From Ostreococcus lucimarinus (lineage: Eukaryota): 64,000 bases of DNA. Below the pieces are notes generated by a model. That model made no database searches and was not told the origin of the DNA. It saw only the letters and a list, made by a program, of their open reading frames with translations. Positions 28,278-37,469 of the stretch are shown one piece after another; position 1 is the first letter of the stretch, and the number at the start of each line of letters is the position of its first letter. Location of the stretch: NCBI GenBank assembly GCA_000092065.1, contig CP000593.1, one strand, 5' to 3'. The position numbers and the translations under genes were made by a program.

Positions 28278-29312
28278 ATGCACGTCACCAACGTCGGCGG
28301 TTCGTTAACCACCGCCGTGTGTCTGTCTCTCATCGCCTGGTCCGTGCGCGTCTTGCGAAGCGCCAAGCACAGAGATCGAGCGAGACAGCGAACGACGTCG
28401 AGCTCGCAACCGACGGTGAAATTGAACAAACAGACGTACGGGGTGCTGAGTGCGAAAGCGTTTTGGATGTTGGTTCAAACGAAACCGGTGAAATACTTGC
28501 TATTAGACGTCAGACCGAAGAGCGAGGACGGGGGGGCGACGGCGGTGACGAAGCTGAGCGACAGACTCGCCGTGACGCACATCTTACCGGAAGAGTTGGC
28601 GAACTTGTTGCGCAATCGTAACACACTGTGGAAGAAGAGATTTCCAAACATTCCCGTGCCGAGTTTAAGGACGACGATGATTTTTGTGAGCACGCACGGG
28701 CATAGCTCGTCGCACGCCGCGGCGCTCGCGACGAGCCTGGGATTCACGCGGTGCTCCATCGTGGACGGCGGACTCGCCGCGGCGGTACCTCTAGCACACT
28801 TCGACGAACCCGCTGTGTTTTCATCAGGGAAAGATCGAGCTCTGAGCTTCGACGCGGTGTTACTTCTCCTGGAAACGGTGAGAGACGACGGCAATGCGCT
28901 GGGACTAGTGATTTTGGACATTCGAAGGTTTGACGAGCGCGCGCTTTACGGAACACTCGAGGGGTCAACGCACGTCCCGGTGGATCATCTGCCCAAAGCA
29001 GTGCATATGAACGATGAAGAGTGGGTGCGGATGTTCCGATTTCACAAGCCGACGTCGGATAATCTCATCTTGTTGCATAGCCGAAGCAGTAGTTCCGCGG
29101 CGTGGGCGAAGCAGCTGCTTTCAGACGCCGGTTTGCACAACTGCCATTCTTACGTCGACGGCGCGTATGCCGGTCCTGATGGGACTTTAAGAAGTTACGA
29201 GGCATACGAAGAGGGTGGTGCACCCCCGGAGCCGGTGAGTATCGGACAAAGTGTGACGTTTAATCGAACGAGCGCCGAGCGAGAGTTGCTCAACTTGAGA
29301 ATTCGTGTGTAG
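28278..29312 (+). CDS. membrane-anchored protein with two rhodanese-like domains, both lacking the catalytic Cys
   Basis: ORF 28263 begins at GTG; ATG is at 28278 (MHVTNVGGSLTTAVCLSLIAWSV, an N-terminal hydrophobic anchor). Domain 1: YLLLDVRP...MIFVSTHGHSSSHAAALATSLGF...VDGG. Domain 2: LVILDIRR...LILLHSRSSSSAAWAKQLLSDAGL...VDGAY. The position of the active-site Cys is Ser or Thr in both loops. Confidence 0.75.
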   Translation: MHVTNVGGSLTTAVCLSLIAWSVRVLRSAKHRDRARQRTTSSSQPTVKLNKQTYGVLSAKAFWMLVQTKPVKYLLLDVRPKSEDGGATAVTKLSDRLAVTHILPEELANLLRNRNTLWKKRFPNIPVPSLRTTMIFVSTHGHSSSHAAALATSLGFTRCSIVDGGLAAAVPLAHFDEPAVFSSGKDRALSFDAVLLLLETVRDDGNALGLVILDIRRFDERALYGTLEGSTHVPVDHLPKAVHMNDEEWVRMFRFHKPTSDNLILLHSRSSSSAAWAKQLLSDAGLHNCHSYVDGAYAGPDGTLRSYEAYEEGGAPPEPVSIGQSVTFNRTSAERELLNLRIRV

Positions 29313-29431
29313 TTTGTAAGTTAGAATTAGATCAAAACAATGATGAGGCGGAGGTGTAAGTATATCACAATAATCGTATTTCTGTCGTTTGCTCGTTTGA
29401 AGTCAACAAGCGCGTAAGGTAAGTTATAATT

Positions 29432-31051
29432 CTAATTGATGGCTGGCGAAAGTTGCGGGTTCGCGAACTTCGGAAGTAAAACGTCGTCGATTTGCTCCGC
29501 CGTGCCCATGTCTCTGACGAATTTCCAGAACGCGACGAAAATGCCGGGAAGTGTTCTGTATGACGAGTAAGGAATGCCCATCTTCGCCGCTTCTTCCGCG
29601 ACAATTTTCGCGATCGCGGGGTAGTGCACAAAGCAAATCGCCGGGAACAGGTGATGCTCGACTTGCAAGTTCAGACCGCCGGTGAAAAAGTTTCCAATCT
29701 TTCCACCCCAGTCAGCGCTAGTCACCAACTGCTGCACGCCCCAATCTCTTTCCCACGCCTCTCCACCGGTATCTTCAGGGAGTTTGGCCTCGGGCACGTT
29801 GTGACTCACCGCGAACGTACACGCGAGGACGACTCCTTGGCACGCCATGAAACCGACGATGCCGGCGACGACGGCGGAAGCCGCGTGGCTCATCAAAGGT
29901 GCAGCCAACAAACCGAAGTGCACAAACTTGCCGATAACTACGGTGGCAAGTTCCCAAGTGGTCGCCCCGTGGAGCTTTGCGCCTTCGGTATCGCGAGTGA
30001 ACAAACCGACGATGTCGCCGACTTGGAACGCCACCTGCAACAACGGAAAGGCCAAGAACATGTACCAGTGCTGGAAGCGGTGGTACCACGCCTTGGGACG
30101 ACGAGCGTCGAAACGCAAGAGAGGCATGGCGGTGTACACGTCTTGATCCATAGCATTGTCGTTGCAGTGAATGTGGTGGCTCACCTGGTGGTGGTATCGC
30201 CACATCAAAGACGAGCCGCCGATGAGATCGTTCGTCAAACCGAGGACGCCGTTGACGGCGGGCGACGGTGACATCGCCCCGTGATTGGCGCAATGCTGAA
30301 TCGTGAGCCCGATCCACGCACCAGCTAAGCCAAGGAGGCAACCCGAGAGAAAGCCCGGGATGGTGGCGTACACACCGTACGCAAACGCGGCGAAAGACAA
30401 AATCGTTATCGTCGCGTGGTCGCCACCCATTCTGTGTTTGTTCTTCCCTTCTTCCGGGAAAAGTTCCTCGCGAACGCGATTGCGGATGTTGTTGTACAGC
30501 GGCGAATCGTTCGGTCTCGGTGACTTCGCCACGGCGTCGACCGGGAACCCCTCGAGCTTGGGTAACATCCTGAAGCGCGCCGTCGCCACCTCTGGTCGCA
30601 AGTGATAGGATTCCATGAGCGCCGTGCAGTCGCGACCGATGGCGAGGTTCAACAACCAGTTCCCGCCCGGATGCTTCTCAAAGAACGGTCCGAGGTCGTA
30701 CGCCACGTCTCGAAACACCGTCCACTTCACCTTTTGCCACTTCTCATCGTTCCACGGATCCTCCATCCCCGGCGCCGCGACGTCCGGGCGCGGCAACCTC
30801 AGCGCCTCGCGTCTCGCCTCCAGGGACATCATCTTCTCCCCCTCCTCGCCCTCGACGCTTCTTTCGACGACCGCGGCGTTCCCTTCGCCCTCGATCGATC
30901 GCGGAACGATCGCATACCTCCCCGATCGCGCGCGCCGCGCGTCCGCGCGCACCGCGCTCGTCGTCGCGCGCGTCGTCGTCGCTCGACGGCGATAATCACA
31001 CCTCGCGCTCGACGTCGTCGTCGTCGCGAACGCGCGCGCGACGGTGCGCAT
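29432..31051 (-). CDS. front-end fatty-acid desaturase with N-terminal cytochrome b5 domain (regiospecificity not assignable by eye)
   Basis: Cytochrome b5 motif: FEKHPGGNW. His boxes: HCANHGA, WRYHHQVSHHIHCN and QVEHHLFP (a Q-type third box, typical of front-end desaturases). The likely start is ATG 31051-31049 (MRTVARAFATTTTSSARC, presequence-like). An upstream in-frame ATG at 31297 is also possible. Confidence 0.85.
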   Translation of the reverse strand: MRTVARAFATTTTSSARCDYRRRATTTRATTSAVRADARRARSGRYAIVPRSIEGEGNAAVVERSVEGEEGEKMMSLEARREALRLPRPDVAAPGMEDPWNDEKWQKVKWTVFRDVAYDLGPFFEKHPGGNWLLNLAIGRDCTALMESYHLRPEVATARFRMLPKLEGFPVDAVAKSPRPNDSPLYNNIRNRVREELFPEEGKNKHRMGGDHATITILSFAAFAYGVYATIPGFLSGCLLGLAGAWIGLTIQHCANHGAMSPSPAVNGVLGLTNDLIGGSSLMWRYHHQVSHHIHCNDNAMDQDVYTAMPLLRFDARRPKAWYHRFQHWYMFLAFPLLQVAFQVGDIVGLFTRDTEGAKLHGATTWELATVVIGKFVHFGLLAAPLMSHAASAVVAGIVGFMACQGVVLACTFAVSHNVPEAKLPEDTGGEAWERDWGVQQLVTSADWGGKIGNFFTGGLNLQVEHHLFPAICFVHYPAIAKIVAEEAAKMGIPYSSYRTLPGIFVAFWKFVRDMGTAEQIDDVLLPKFANPQLSPAIN

Positions 31052-31535
31052 GGCGGGCTCGATCGCTCGGCGCGGATTCGTGGCGTTCGGATCCGTCTCG
31101 GGCGCTTCGCGCGTTCGGGCGTTCGAGCGCTCGCTGTCCCGGACGCGCGCTGTGACGAGCCGACGCGACGACGCCGACGCGACGACGCCGCGCGCGGATC
31201 GGATCGCGTGACGTCGGTCGGGGCGCGTCGGGCGTCGAGGGACTCGTTCTCGAGTCGAGACTCGTCGATGGGATCGGTGTGGTCCGTGTGTATCCATTCA
31301 ATCGCACCATCGGTCGCATCGTCCGATCGCGACCGCTCGCGACCGCTCGCGCTCGCGCTCGAGGCGGACGCGCGGGACGCCGCGGGACGACGACGAGACG
31401 ACGATCCGACGACGCGACGACGCCCGGCACAGCGACGCGCGTCGTCGTCGTCGACGTCGTCGTCGACGAGTCGCGAGCGTCGTCGACGCGCGCGCGTCGT
31501 CGACGCGCGAACGCGACGCGCGCGCCGTCGACGCC

Positions 31536-31673
31536 ATGGCGCTGGATAGGGCGCTCGCGACGCGCGCGCGCGCGAGCGGGGCGTCGACGTCGACGTCGAC
31601 GCGCGACGCGAGCGGACGGCGACCGGGACCCGGCGCGCGAGGACGGCCGGCGAAGGGGCGCGGACGGGGGAAG
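31536..31673 (+). CDS. SGR: candidate first exon (transit-peptide-like) of STAY-GREEN
   Basis: This is the only nearby ATG whose frame reaches a GTGCG-type donor in phase 0 (GGGAAG|gtgcgcgg at 31674). It encodes MALDRALATRARASGASTSTSTRDASGRRPGPGARGRPAKGRGRGK. The model is inferential. Confidence 0.35.
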
Positions 31674-31865
31674 GTGCGCGGCGACCGACGCGACGCGACG
31701 CGCGCGCGACGCGCGTCGATCGGGACGGGACGGGACGTCCGAGGCGCGGTTTTCGCGCGATGGGGGGGGACGGCGACGTCTAAAACCGCGAGCGACGCGC
31801 GAGAAAGGCGCGAGTGCGACTCGATGGAATCGTGACACTGACCGACGGCGATCGCGCGCGCGCAG
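31674..31865 (+). other. candidate SGR intron (192 nt)
   Basis: The acceptor end is well supported: two in-frame TGA codons at 31833 and 31839, then gacactgaccgacggcgatcgcgcgcgcgcag|ACGACG (a CTGAC branch-like motif about 20 nt upstream of CAG). The donor position is tentative. Confidence 0.4.
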
Positions 31866-32507
31866 ACGACGACGAACGCGGTTTTCGACGCCTTGAAGTT
31901 TGACCCGGACAGAGTGTCGGTGGCGTTCGACGCGAGCTCGACGCGGGTGGAACCGGAGTCTTTATTGCAGCGGCGTTACACGCTGACGCACAACGATGTG
32001 ACGAGGAATTTGACGCTCACGGTAGGCGACGCGTTCAACGACGATCAAACGTCGATATGGTACACGAGATTGCTCAGAGACGAGGTGCTCGCGGAGTGGC
32101 GCGAGGACGGCTTGCACGTGTTTTGTCAGGTGAGCGCGAAGGAGGCTTGGTGGATACGATGGGCGGCGCCCCTTCGTTCGGTCGTGTTTCGTCAAAAATT
32201 ACCGTTGGTGTTAGATACGTTGCGTTACGCCGAGAGAGAGCTACTGGCGACGTATCCAGAGTTGTTTGACAGTCCGGTGTACGTCAACTTTGGCTCCGCG
32301 GACGGACCGGGGGACAAGGAGTATTGGGGAGATTTCAGAACGGCTGGATCGGAAGAGACGCGATCGAGTCGAGTGACGTGCGCGGATGGTGCAGGACTGG
32401 ATCCCAGAATAGCAGACAATGTTAGAAACACGATAATCACAGGGCGTGGTTCTCGCGTCGAGGTCGGCGGAGTGATTTTGGAAAACTCCCCAGCGCCTCC
32501 TCGCTAG
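31866..32507 (+). CDS. SGR: STAY-GREEN (SGR) magnesium dechelatase, main exon
   Basis: ...RRYTLTHNDVTRNLTLTVG...WYTRLLRDEVLAEWREDGLHVFCQVS...FRQKLPLVLDTLRYAERELLATYPELFDSPVYVNFGS...EYWG matches the SGR core (RTYTLTHSDITAKLTLAI...RDEVVAEW...LHVHCHIS...CKELPVVLKAF...YPEL). ORF 31893 starts at TTG, and this reading frame contains no ATG. Confidence 0.85.
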   Translation, partial: TTTNAVFDALKFDPDRVSVAFDASSTRVEPESLLQRRYTLTHNDVTRNLTLTVGDAFNDDQTSIWYTRLLRDEVLAEWREDGLHVFCQVSAKEAWWIRWAAPLRSVVFRQKLPLVLDTLRYAERELLATYPELFDSPVYVNFGSADGPGDKEYWGDFRTAGSEETRSSRVTCADGAGLDPRIADNVRNTIITGRGSRVEVGGVILENSPAPPR

Positions 32508-32733
32508 CGAATGCGTTTTGAAGACCACGTCGTCGTCGTGCCGGCGGGCGAGCGACGCGGTCGAGTTTAGGACTTTTTATTACCACCTTTCTCATTAGTA
32601 CTCATCATTCTTCGCACGATTCGAGCGGTGCGAGGAGCCAACGAGAGCTCGCCGACTTCGCAGCCGCTCTTCTGCTCGCCCGACGAGTGACCGCAGACCG
32701 CGCTTCGCACGCGCGTCTCGGTGCGTCGCTACC

Positions 32734-34215
32734 ATGCGACGCTCGGCGTGTTCGCGCCAACACCGCGAGCTCTGTGAGAATTTGTTCTCGTTCGCGCACA
32801 GAGCGCGCGCACGAGCCCGCACATCGACCGCATTCGCGACGGTGGACGAAGCGTTGCGGGACTTCGTCAATCACGAAAAGAGCGGCGTCCCGCGAAACGC
32901 TGGGACGGATACGACGGACGGATTCGATCTCGGACGCATGCATAGATTGTTGCGAGACTTTGACGATCCACACAGGGCGTATAACACGATACACGTGTCG
33001 GGAACGAAGGGGAAAGGAACGACGGTTTCCGTGCTCGCGAGCGTCCTGCGCGCCGCTGGATTACGAATCGGCACGTATAAGAGCCCTCACGTGTATACCG
33101 TGGCGGAAAGGATTCGGAGTAGCGAAAGTGATGCGTCTGCACAAGTTCTCGACGTACTGCGCGATTTAGAGCGAGAGATAAAGTCTGCACAACAGCGTGA
33201 GGGCGGTCAGTTGTCGTACTTTGAAGTCCTCACGGCGCTCGCCTTTGCATACTTTAAAAAGGCAAACGTCGATTTAGCGCTCGTGGAAGTCGGTCTCGGG
33301 GGAAGTCGAGACGCCACAAACGTACTCGCGGCAGAAAATCTAGAAGCAGCGGTGATCACACACATAGGTGAGGAACACCTCGAAGCGCTCGGCGGTTCGA
33401 TTGAGACAATCGTAGACGCAAAAGCTGGCATCGCGCATAAAGGTCGTCCGGTGTTTTGTGCCCCAAACGTGGACGAACGAATAACAACAATGTTGAAAAC
33501 TGCGCTCCGCGCGCGTGGGGCGAACGTTATCGATAACGTATGCGTAGACACGCGTCTCGTGCGGTATCACGTGGAAGACTCGATCGCTTCGCAGGACGTC
33601 GACATCGACATCAAAGTGGATGGTAAAATAGCGTCCACCCTTTCGAACGTTCGAATTCCTCTCGCTGGGCCGCACCAGCGCGAGAACATAAGTCTTGCGC
33701 TTCGTGTTCTGTGGTGGCTTCGCGCTCAAAACAAAATCGACGCATCTCTGGAAGATATTCGAAGAGGCTTGGAAACGACGCGCAGTCCGGGGAACTTTGA
33801 AGTATTTGAGACGAGTGGAGGGCCCACGATGATTGCTGATGGCGCGCACACCAAAGGTTCCGCTCGAGTTCTCGTGAACACGATTCGTGAGGTTTATCCC
33901 GACCGAAAACTTTTGTTCGTCGTAGCGATGGCGGACGACAAGGATCACGGAGGATTTATTGAAGAGCTGTACAGGGCGGATCCCGTCGGTGTGGTGTGCA
34001 CTCAAATGCAAGTCGCCGGCGCATCGTCTCGAACGACGCCCGCGAAGACGCTCGCGAAGGCTTATATCGGCCCAGCGCATGGTCCGACTCCCACCTCAGA
34101 AGATGATTTCGAGAAGGCCTTGAAAGGAGCGCTCTCGCGCGGCGACGACGAGATTGTCGTGGTCGTGACGGGATCACTTTACACGTTCAAAGCGCTTAGC
34201 AAGGCGTTACTGTAG
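32734..34215 (+). CDS. FPGS: folylpolyglutamate synthase / dihydrofolate synthase (FolC, Mur-ligase family)
   Basis: ATG verified at 32734. Motifs: P-loop IHVSGTKGKGTTVSVLASVL, YFEVLTALAFAYF, VEVGLGGSRDATNV, ITHIGEEH, ADGAHT. Confidence 0.85.
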   Translation: MRRSACSRQHRELCENLFSFAHRARARARTSTAFATVDEALRDFVNHEKSGVPRNAGTDTTDGFDLGRMHRLLRDFDDPHRAYNTIHVSGTKGKGTTVSVLASVLRAAGLRIGTYKSPHVYTVAERIRSSESDASAQVLDVLRDLEREIKSAQQREGGQLSYFEVLTALAFAYFKKANVDLALVEVGLGGSRDATNVLAAENLEAAVITHIGEEHLEALGGSIETIVDAKAGIAHKGRPVFCAPNVDERITTMLKTALRARGANVIDNVCVDTRLVRYHVEDSIASQDVDIDIKVDGKIASTLSNVRIPLAGPHQRENISLALRVLWWLRAQNKIDASLEDIRRGLETTRSPGNFEVFETSGGPTMIADGAHTKGSARVLVNTIREVYPDRKLLFVVAMADDKDHGGFIEELYRADPVGVVCTQMQVAGASSRTTPAKTLAKAYIGPAHGPTPTSEDDFEKALKGALSRGDDEIVVVVTGSLYTFKALSKALL

Positions 34216-34278
34216 AGACACCGTAGACGTAGACTAGCGTAGATTAAGTAGTTTAGTTACAGCCGCGTTAGACTAAAT

Positions 34279-36039
34279 CTAGAACTCAGCGCTACCCGGG
34301 TAACGGGGGAAAGGAATGGCGTCACGAATGTTCTCCACACCTGTGACGTACTGAACGAGGCGTTCAAAACCGAGGCCGAAACCGGCGTGCGGCTGCGAAC
34401 CGTATCGTCTCAAATCTAAGTACCACCAGTACGACTCCTTTTCCAAACCAACCTCTTCGATTCGGCGCTCCAAGACATCAAGGCGTTCTTCTCTTTGGCT
34501 ACCACCCATCAACTCACCAACGCGGGGCACCAAGACGTCCATTGCGGCGACGGTTTTGTTGTCGTCGTTGAGACGCATGTAGAACGCCTTGATATCTTTC
34601 GGATAATCGCGCACGATCACGGGGCGATCTTTGAAGACTTCTTCTGAGATGTACCGCTCGTGCTCGCTCTGAAGATCCGATCCCCATTCGATTGGGAACT
34701 CAAACTTCTTCTTCGCGTTCAACACGTGCTCGACGGCTTCGGTGTACGTGATGCGCGCAAACTCTTGCGACGCGACGTTTCGAAGTCGCTCTCTCAGGTT
34801 GTCTTTGGAGATGTTCTTCTCGAAGAATTCAAGATCTTCGTCGCAGTGCTCGAGGACGTGGTTCAGGCAATACTTCAAGTACGCTTCTGCGCAATCCATG
34901 TCGTCGTTCAAATCCGCGAACGCGAGTTCGGGCTCTACCATCCAAAACTCAGCCAGGTGGCGCGACGTGTTGCTATTCTCCGCGCGGAACGTCGGACCGA
35001 AGGTGTAGATGTCGTTGACCGCGCAAGCCATGATTTCACCGTTCAATTGCCCAGACACGGTCAAATAAGACGGTTTGCCGAAGAAGTCTTGAGAATAGTC
35101 GATGGAACCATCCTTATTCTTCGGCAAGTCGGACGACGGGCGATTGTTCTTCAGCGCCTCGACGCTCGCCTTGAGATCTAAAAGCTTCGCCACGGCCTCA
35201 TCAACTTGCTCTTTCGTCGCGTCTCCCGCTTTCTTCGCCTCCTTCAGGGCCTTCACCGCGTCACCCTGTGCCTTCACCATGGCTTCTTGCTCGTCCACGA
35301 CCGAGGCCGGCGTCGTCCACTCGCCGGCGCCGAAGCCGTTCAACAGCGTCGTCACTTGAAACTGTTCCCCAGCGCCTTCGCAATCCGACGCGGTGATGAT
35401 CGGCGTGTTGGCGTATAAAAACCCATGCTCTTGAAAGAACGTGTGCGTCGCGTACGCCAACTGATTGCGCACGCGAGCCACGGCGCCGATGGTGTTTGTG
35501 CGAGGTCGCAAGTGCGCGATGCTTCGAAGATATTCCAGCGTGTGTCGCTTCTTTTGCAGCGGATACGTCTCCGGATCCGCCGTTCCGATGACATCAATCT
35601 CCTCCACCGCCAATTCCGCCGCTTGCTTCCCTCCCGGACTCGCCACGAGTTTCCCCTTCACCCTGAGCGCCGCCCCCGTGGAGACGCCGCCCGCGTCGAG
35701 CGCGTCCCACGCCGCGCTTCCCTCGTTCACCACCGCTTGCATCCCCGAGATCGCGCTCCCATCGTTCAGGTCGATGAACGCCATTCCCTTCTGCGTCCGC
35801 ACCGATCGCGCCCACCCTCGCAGTTCCAACGCCTCGCCCACGCGCGACGCCCCCCCGTCGTTTCCCTTCACGCGCGCGATGCGCTCGGGTCGTCCGTACG
35901 TCGCCCGCGTCGCCACCGCGCGCGCGCTCCGCGCGTGTTTGATCGCTCCCGGCGTCGCTCTCGCCCGCATCGCGAGCGCACCGAGTCGCGCGCCGAGTCG
36001 CGCGCCGCGCACCGCGTCCACGGACGCGCGCGACATCAT
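34279..36039 (-). CDS. asparaginyl-tRNA synthetase, bacterial/organellar type, with presequence
   Basis: Class IIb signature: FGPTFRAENSNTSRHLAEFWMVEPELAF...GGSQREER...GFGLGFERLVQYVTGVENIRDAIPFPRYPG. An anticodon-binding OB fold is present (LRGWARSVRTQKGMAFIDLNDGS). The likely start is the MM pair at 36039/36036 (MMSRASVDAVRGARLGARL). An upstream in-frame ATG at 36156 is possible. Confidence 0.88.
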   Translation of the reverse strand: MMSRASVDAVRGARLGARLGALAMRARATPGAIKHARSARAVATRATYGRPERIARVKGNDGGASRVGEALELRGWARSVRTQKGMAFIDLNDGSAISGMQAVVNEGSAAWDALDAGGVSTGAALRVKGKLVASPGGKQAAELAVEEIDVIGTADPETYPLQKKRHTLEYLRSIAHLRPRTNTIGAVARVRNQLAYATHTFFQEHGFLYANTPIITASDCEGAGEQFQVTTLLNGFGAGEWTTPASVVDEQEAMVKAQGDAVKALKEAKKAGDATKEQVDEAVAKLLDLKASVEALKNNRPSSDLPKNKDGSIDYSQDFFGKPSYLTVSGQLNGEIMACAVNDIYTFGPTFRAENSNTSRHLAEFWMVEPELAFADLNDDMDCAEAYLKYCLNHVLEHCDEDLEFFEKNISKDNLRERLRNVASQEFARITYTEAVEHVLNAKKKFEFPIEWGSDLQSEHERYISEEVFKDRPVIVRDYPKDIKAFYMRLNDDNKTVAAMDVLVPRVGELMGGSQREERLDVLERRIEEVGLEKESYWWYLDLRRYGSQPHAGFGLGFERLVQYVTGVENIRDAIPFPRYPGSAEF

Positions 36040-36273
36040 CGCGCCGTCGCCCGCGGGGACGTCCAGTGACGTCGCGCGCCCGTAATTCGTCGTCGGCAAA
36101 GGCGCGGTCGGTCGCCGAGACCATAAAATCGCGTTCGACGGCCACTTGCGAACCATTGAGTTGATCGTTTTTTTCTCGTGTGGACGACTTTTTCGCTCGA
36201 CGCGCGTCGTCCGTCGGGCGTCGCGGTCGACGCGCGCGACGGGACGGGAGACGGCGTCGGGGGCGTGACGCGC

Positions 36274-37398
36274 ATGCGGGACGAGATCGCGCTCGTCGAG
36301 CGCGCGCGCGTGGTCGTGGCGGACGACGGCGCGCGCGCGCGGCGAGACGCGGTCGCGCGGGCGACGACGCGACGGTTGATTTTGACGTTCGAGACGACGG
36401 CGACGGCGGCGGCGGCGGGGAGCGCGGCCGAGGGTGGGACGGTGATCGAGTACGACGACGTGGCGGCGTGCGAACGAGCGCAGGAGTCGCGGTCGACGCT
36501 GGGTGGGTTGTTCAGGAGGCGCGAGCGCGGGGTGGCGCTGGTTTTGACGAGCGGGAGACGGGTGACGATCGGCGCGCGAGGGGCGAGCGCGGAGGAGGTG
36601 TGCGGGAAAATCGAGAACGCGATCGTAAAGTATAAGAGACAGAAAGCGACGGCGGCGGTGGAGACGACGCGGGAGGATGCGAGGCGGCGGGCGAGCGGCG
36701 CGTCGGCGGCGACGGCGGGCGTCGGCGGCGCGGTGAATCGACAGCTCGAACGCGCGGAGGCGACGAATAAGACGATGGACGAGGCGTTTACCGATCTCAG
36801 AGCGCTCATGGCGAAGGCTGGAGAGATGGTGACGCTCGCCGAGCGGCTCGCGGAGTCGATGGACGGGAAAGGGGAAAGTTCAGAGCTTCAGCGTCTCGTG
36901 CTCAGTCTCGGGATTACGAGTCCGGTGACGCGCGCGAACGCGGGGGCAGAGTTTCATCGAGAATTAGGTAAACAATTAGCGGATTGGATAACGCCCGTGG
37001 TGCAAAAATCGAACGGCATCATTACCGTCACCGATGCGTTCTGTTTGTTCAATCGCGCGCGAGGCACGGAGTTAGTTTCCCCGCAAGACATGCTTCGCGC
37101 GAGCGAATCGTGGGAGTCGCTCGGGGTCGATTTGCACTTGCGTAAATTTGAAAGCGGAGTGATGGTGATTCATACCGTAGAACGCACAGACGAGGAAGCG
37201 TGCGCGCGATTGCTCGCGCGATTGCCGTCTTACGAGCATTCAATCGATTCGTACGAGGCGGCGCAAATATTAGCGACGACGCCCGAAATAGCGCTCGAGT
37301 ACCTCTACATGGCAGAAAGCCGAGGCGTTTTGTGTCGAGACGACGGACCTGCGCAGATGAGATTTTATGCAAACATGTTCGAGGCTAGATTGACGTAG
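36274..37398 (+). CDS. VPS36: ESCRT-II subunit VPS36 (EAP45-like)
   Basis: ORF 36178 begins at GTG with an in-frame TGA at 36157; the first ATG is 36274. The C-terminal winged-helix region ITVTDAFCLFNRARGTELVSPQDMLRA...LRKFESGVMVIH...LEYLYMAESRGVLCRDDGPAQMRFYANMF matches VPS36. Confidence 0.72.
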   Translation: MRDEIALVERARVVVADDGARARRDAVARATTRRLILTFETTATAAAAGSAAEGGTVIEYDDVAACERAQESRSTLGGLFRRRERGVALVLTSGRRVTIGARGASAEEVCGKIENAIVKYKRQKATAAVETTREDARRRASGASAATAGVGGAVNRQLERAEATNKTMDEAFTDLRALMAKAGEMVTLAERLAESMDGKGESSELQRLVLSLGITSPVTRANAGAEFHRELGKQLADWITPVVQKSNGIITVTDAFCLFNRARGTELVSPQDMLRASESWESLGVDLHLRKFESGVMVIHTVERTDEEACARLLARLPSYEHSIDSYEAAQILATTPEIALEYLYMAESRGVLCRDDGPAQMRFYANMFEARLT

Positions 37399-37469
37399 AT
37401 TTTTATTGAACAACTCACAAATTAGCCACGGGTGATTGATGATGCTACACAATTTTCAAGCGCGCGCGC

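Noticed and set aside
2430-32507. Selenocysteine recoding: the MsrB active site, and the tandem TGA codons at 31833/31839 upstream of SGR.
   Set aside because: The MsrB catalytic residue is encoded by TGC (Cys). The SGR TGAs sit just upstream of a branch-point and acceptor signal, so they are best explained as intronic. I found no SECIS-like structure.
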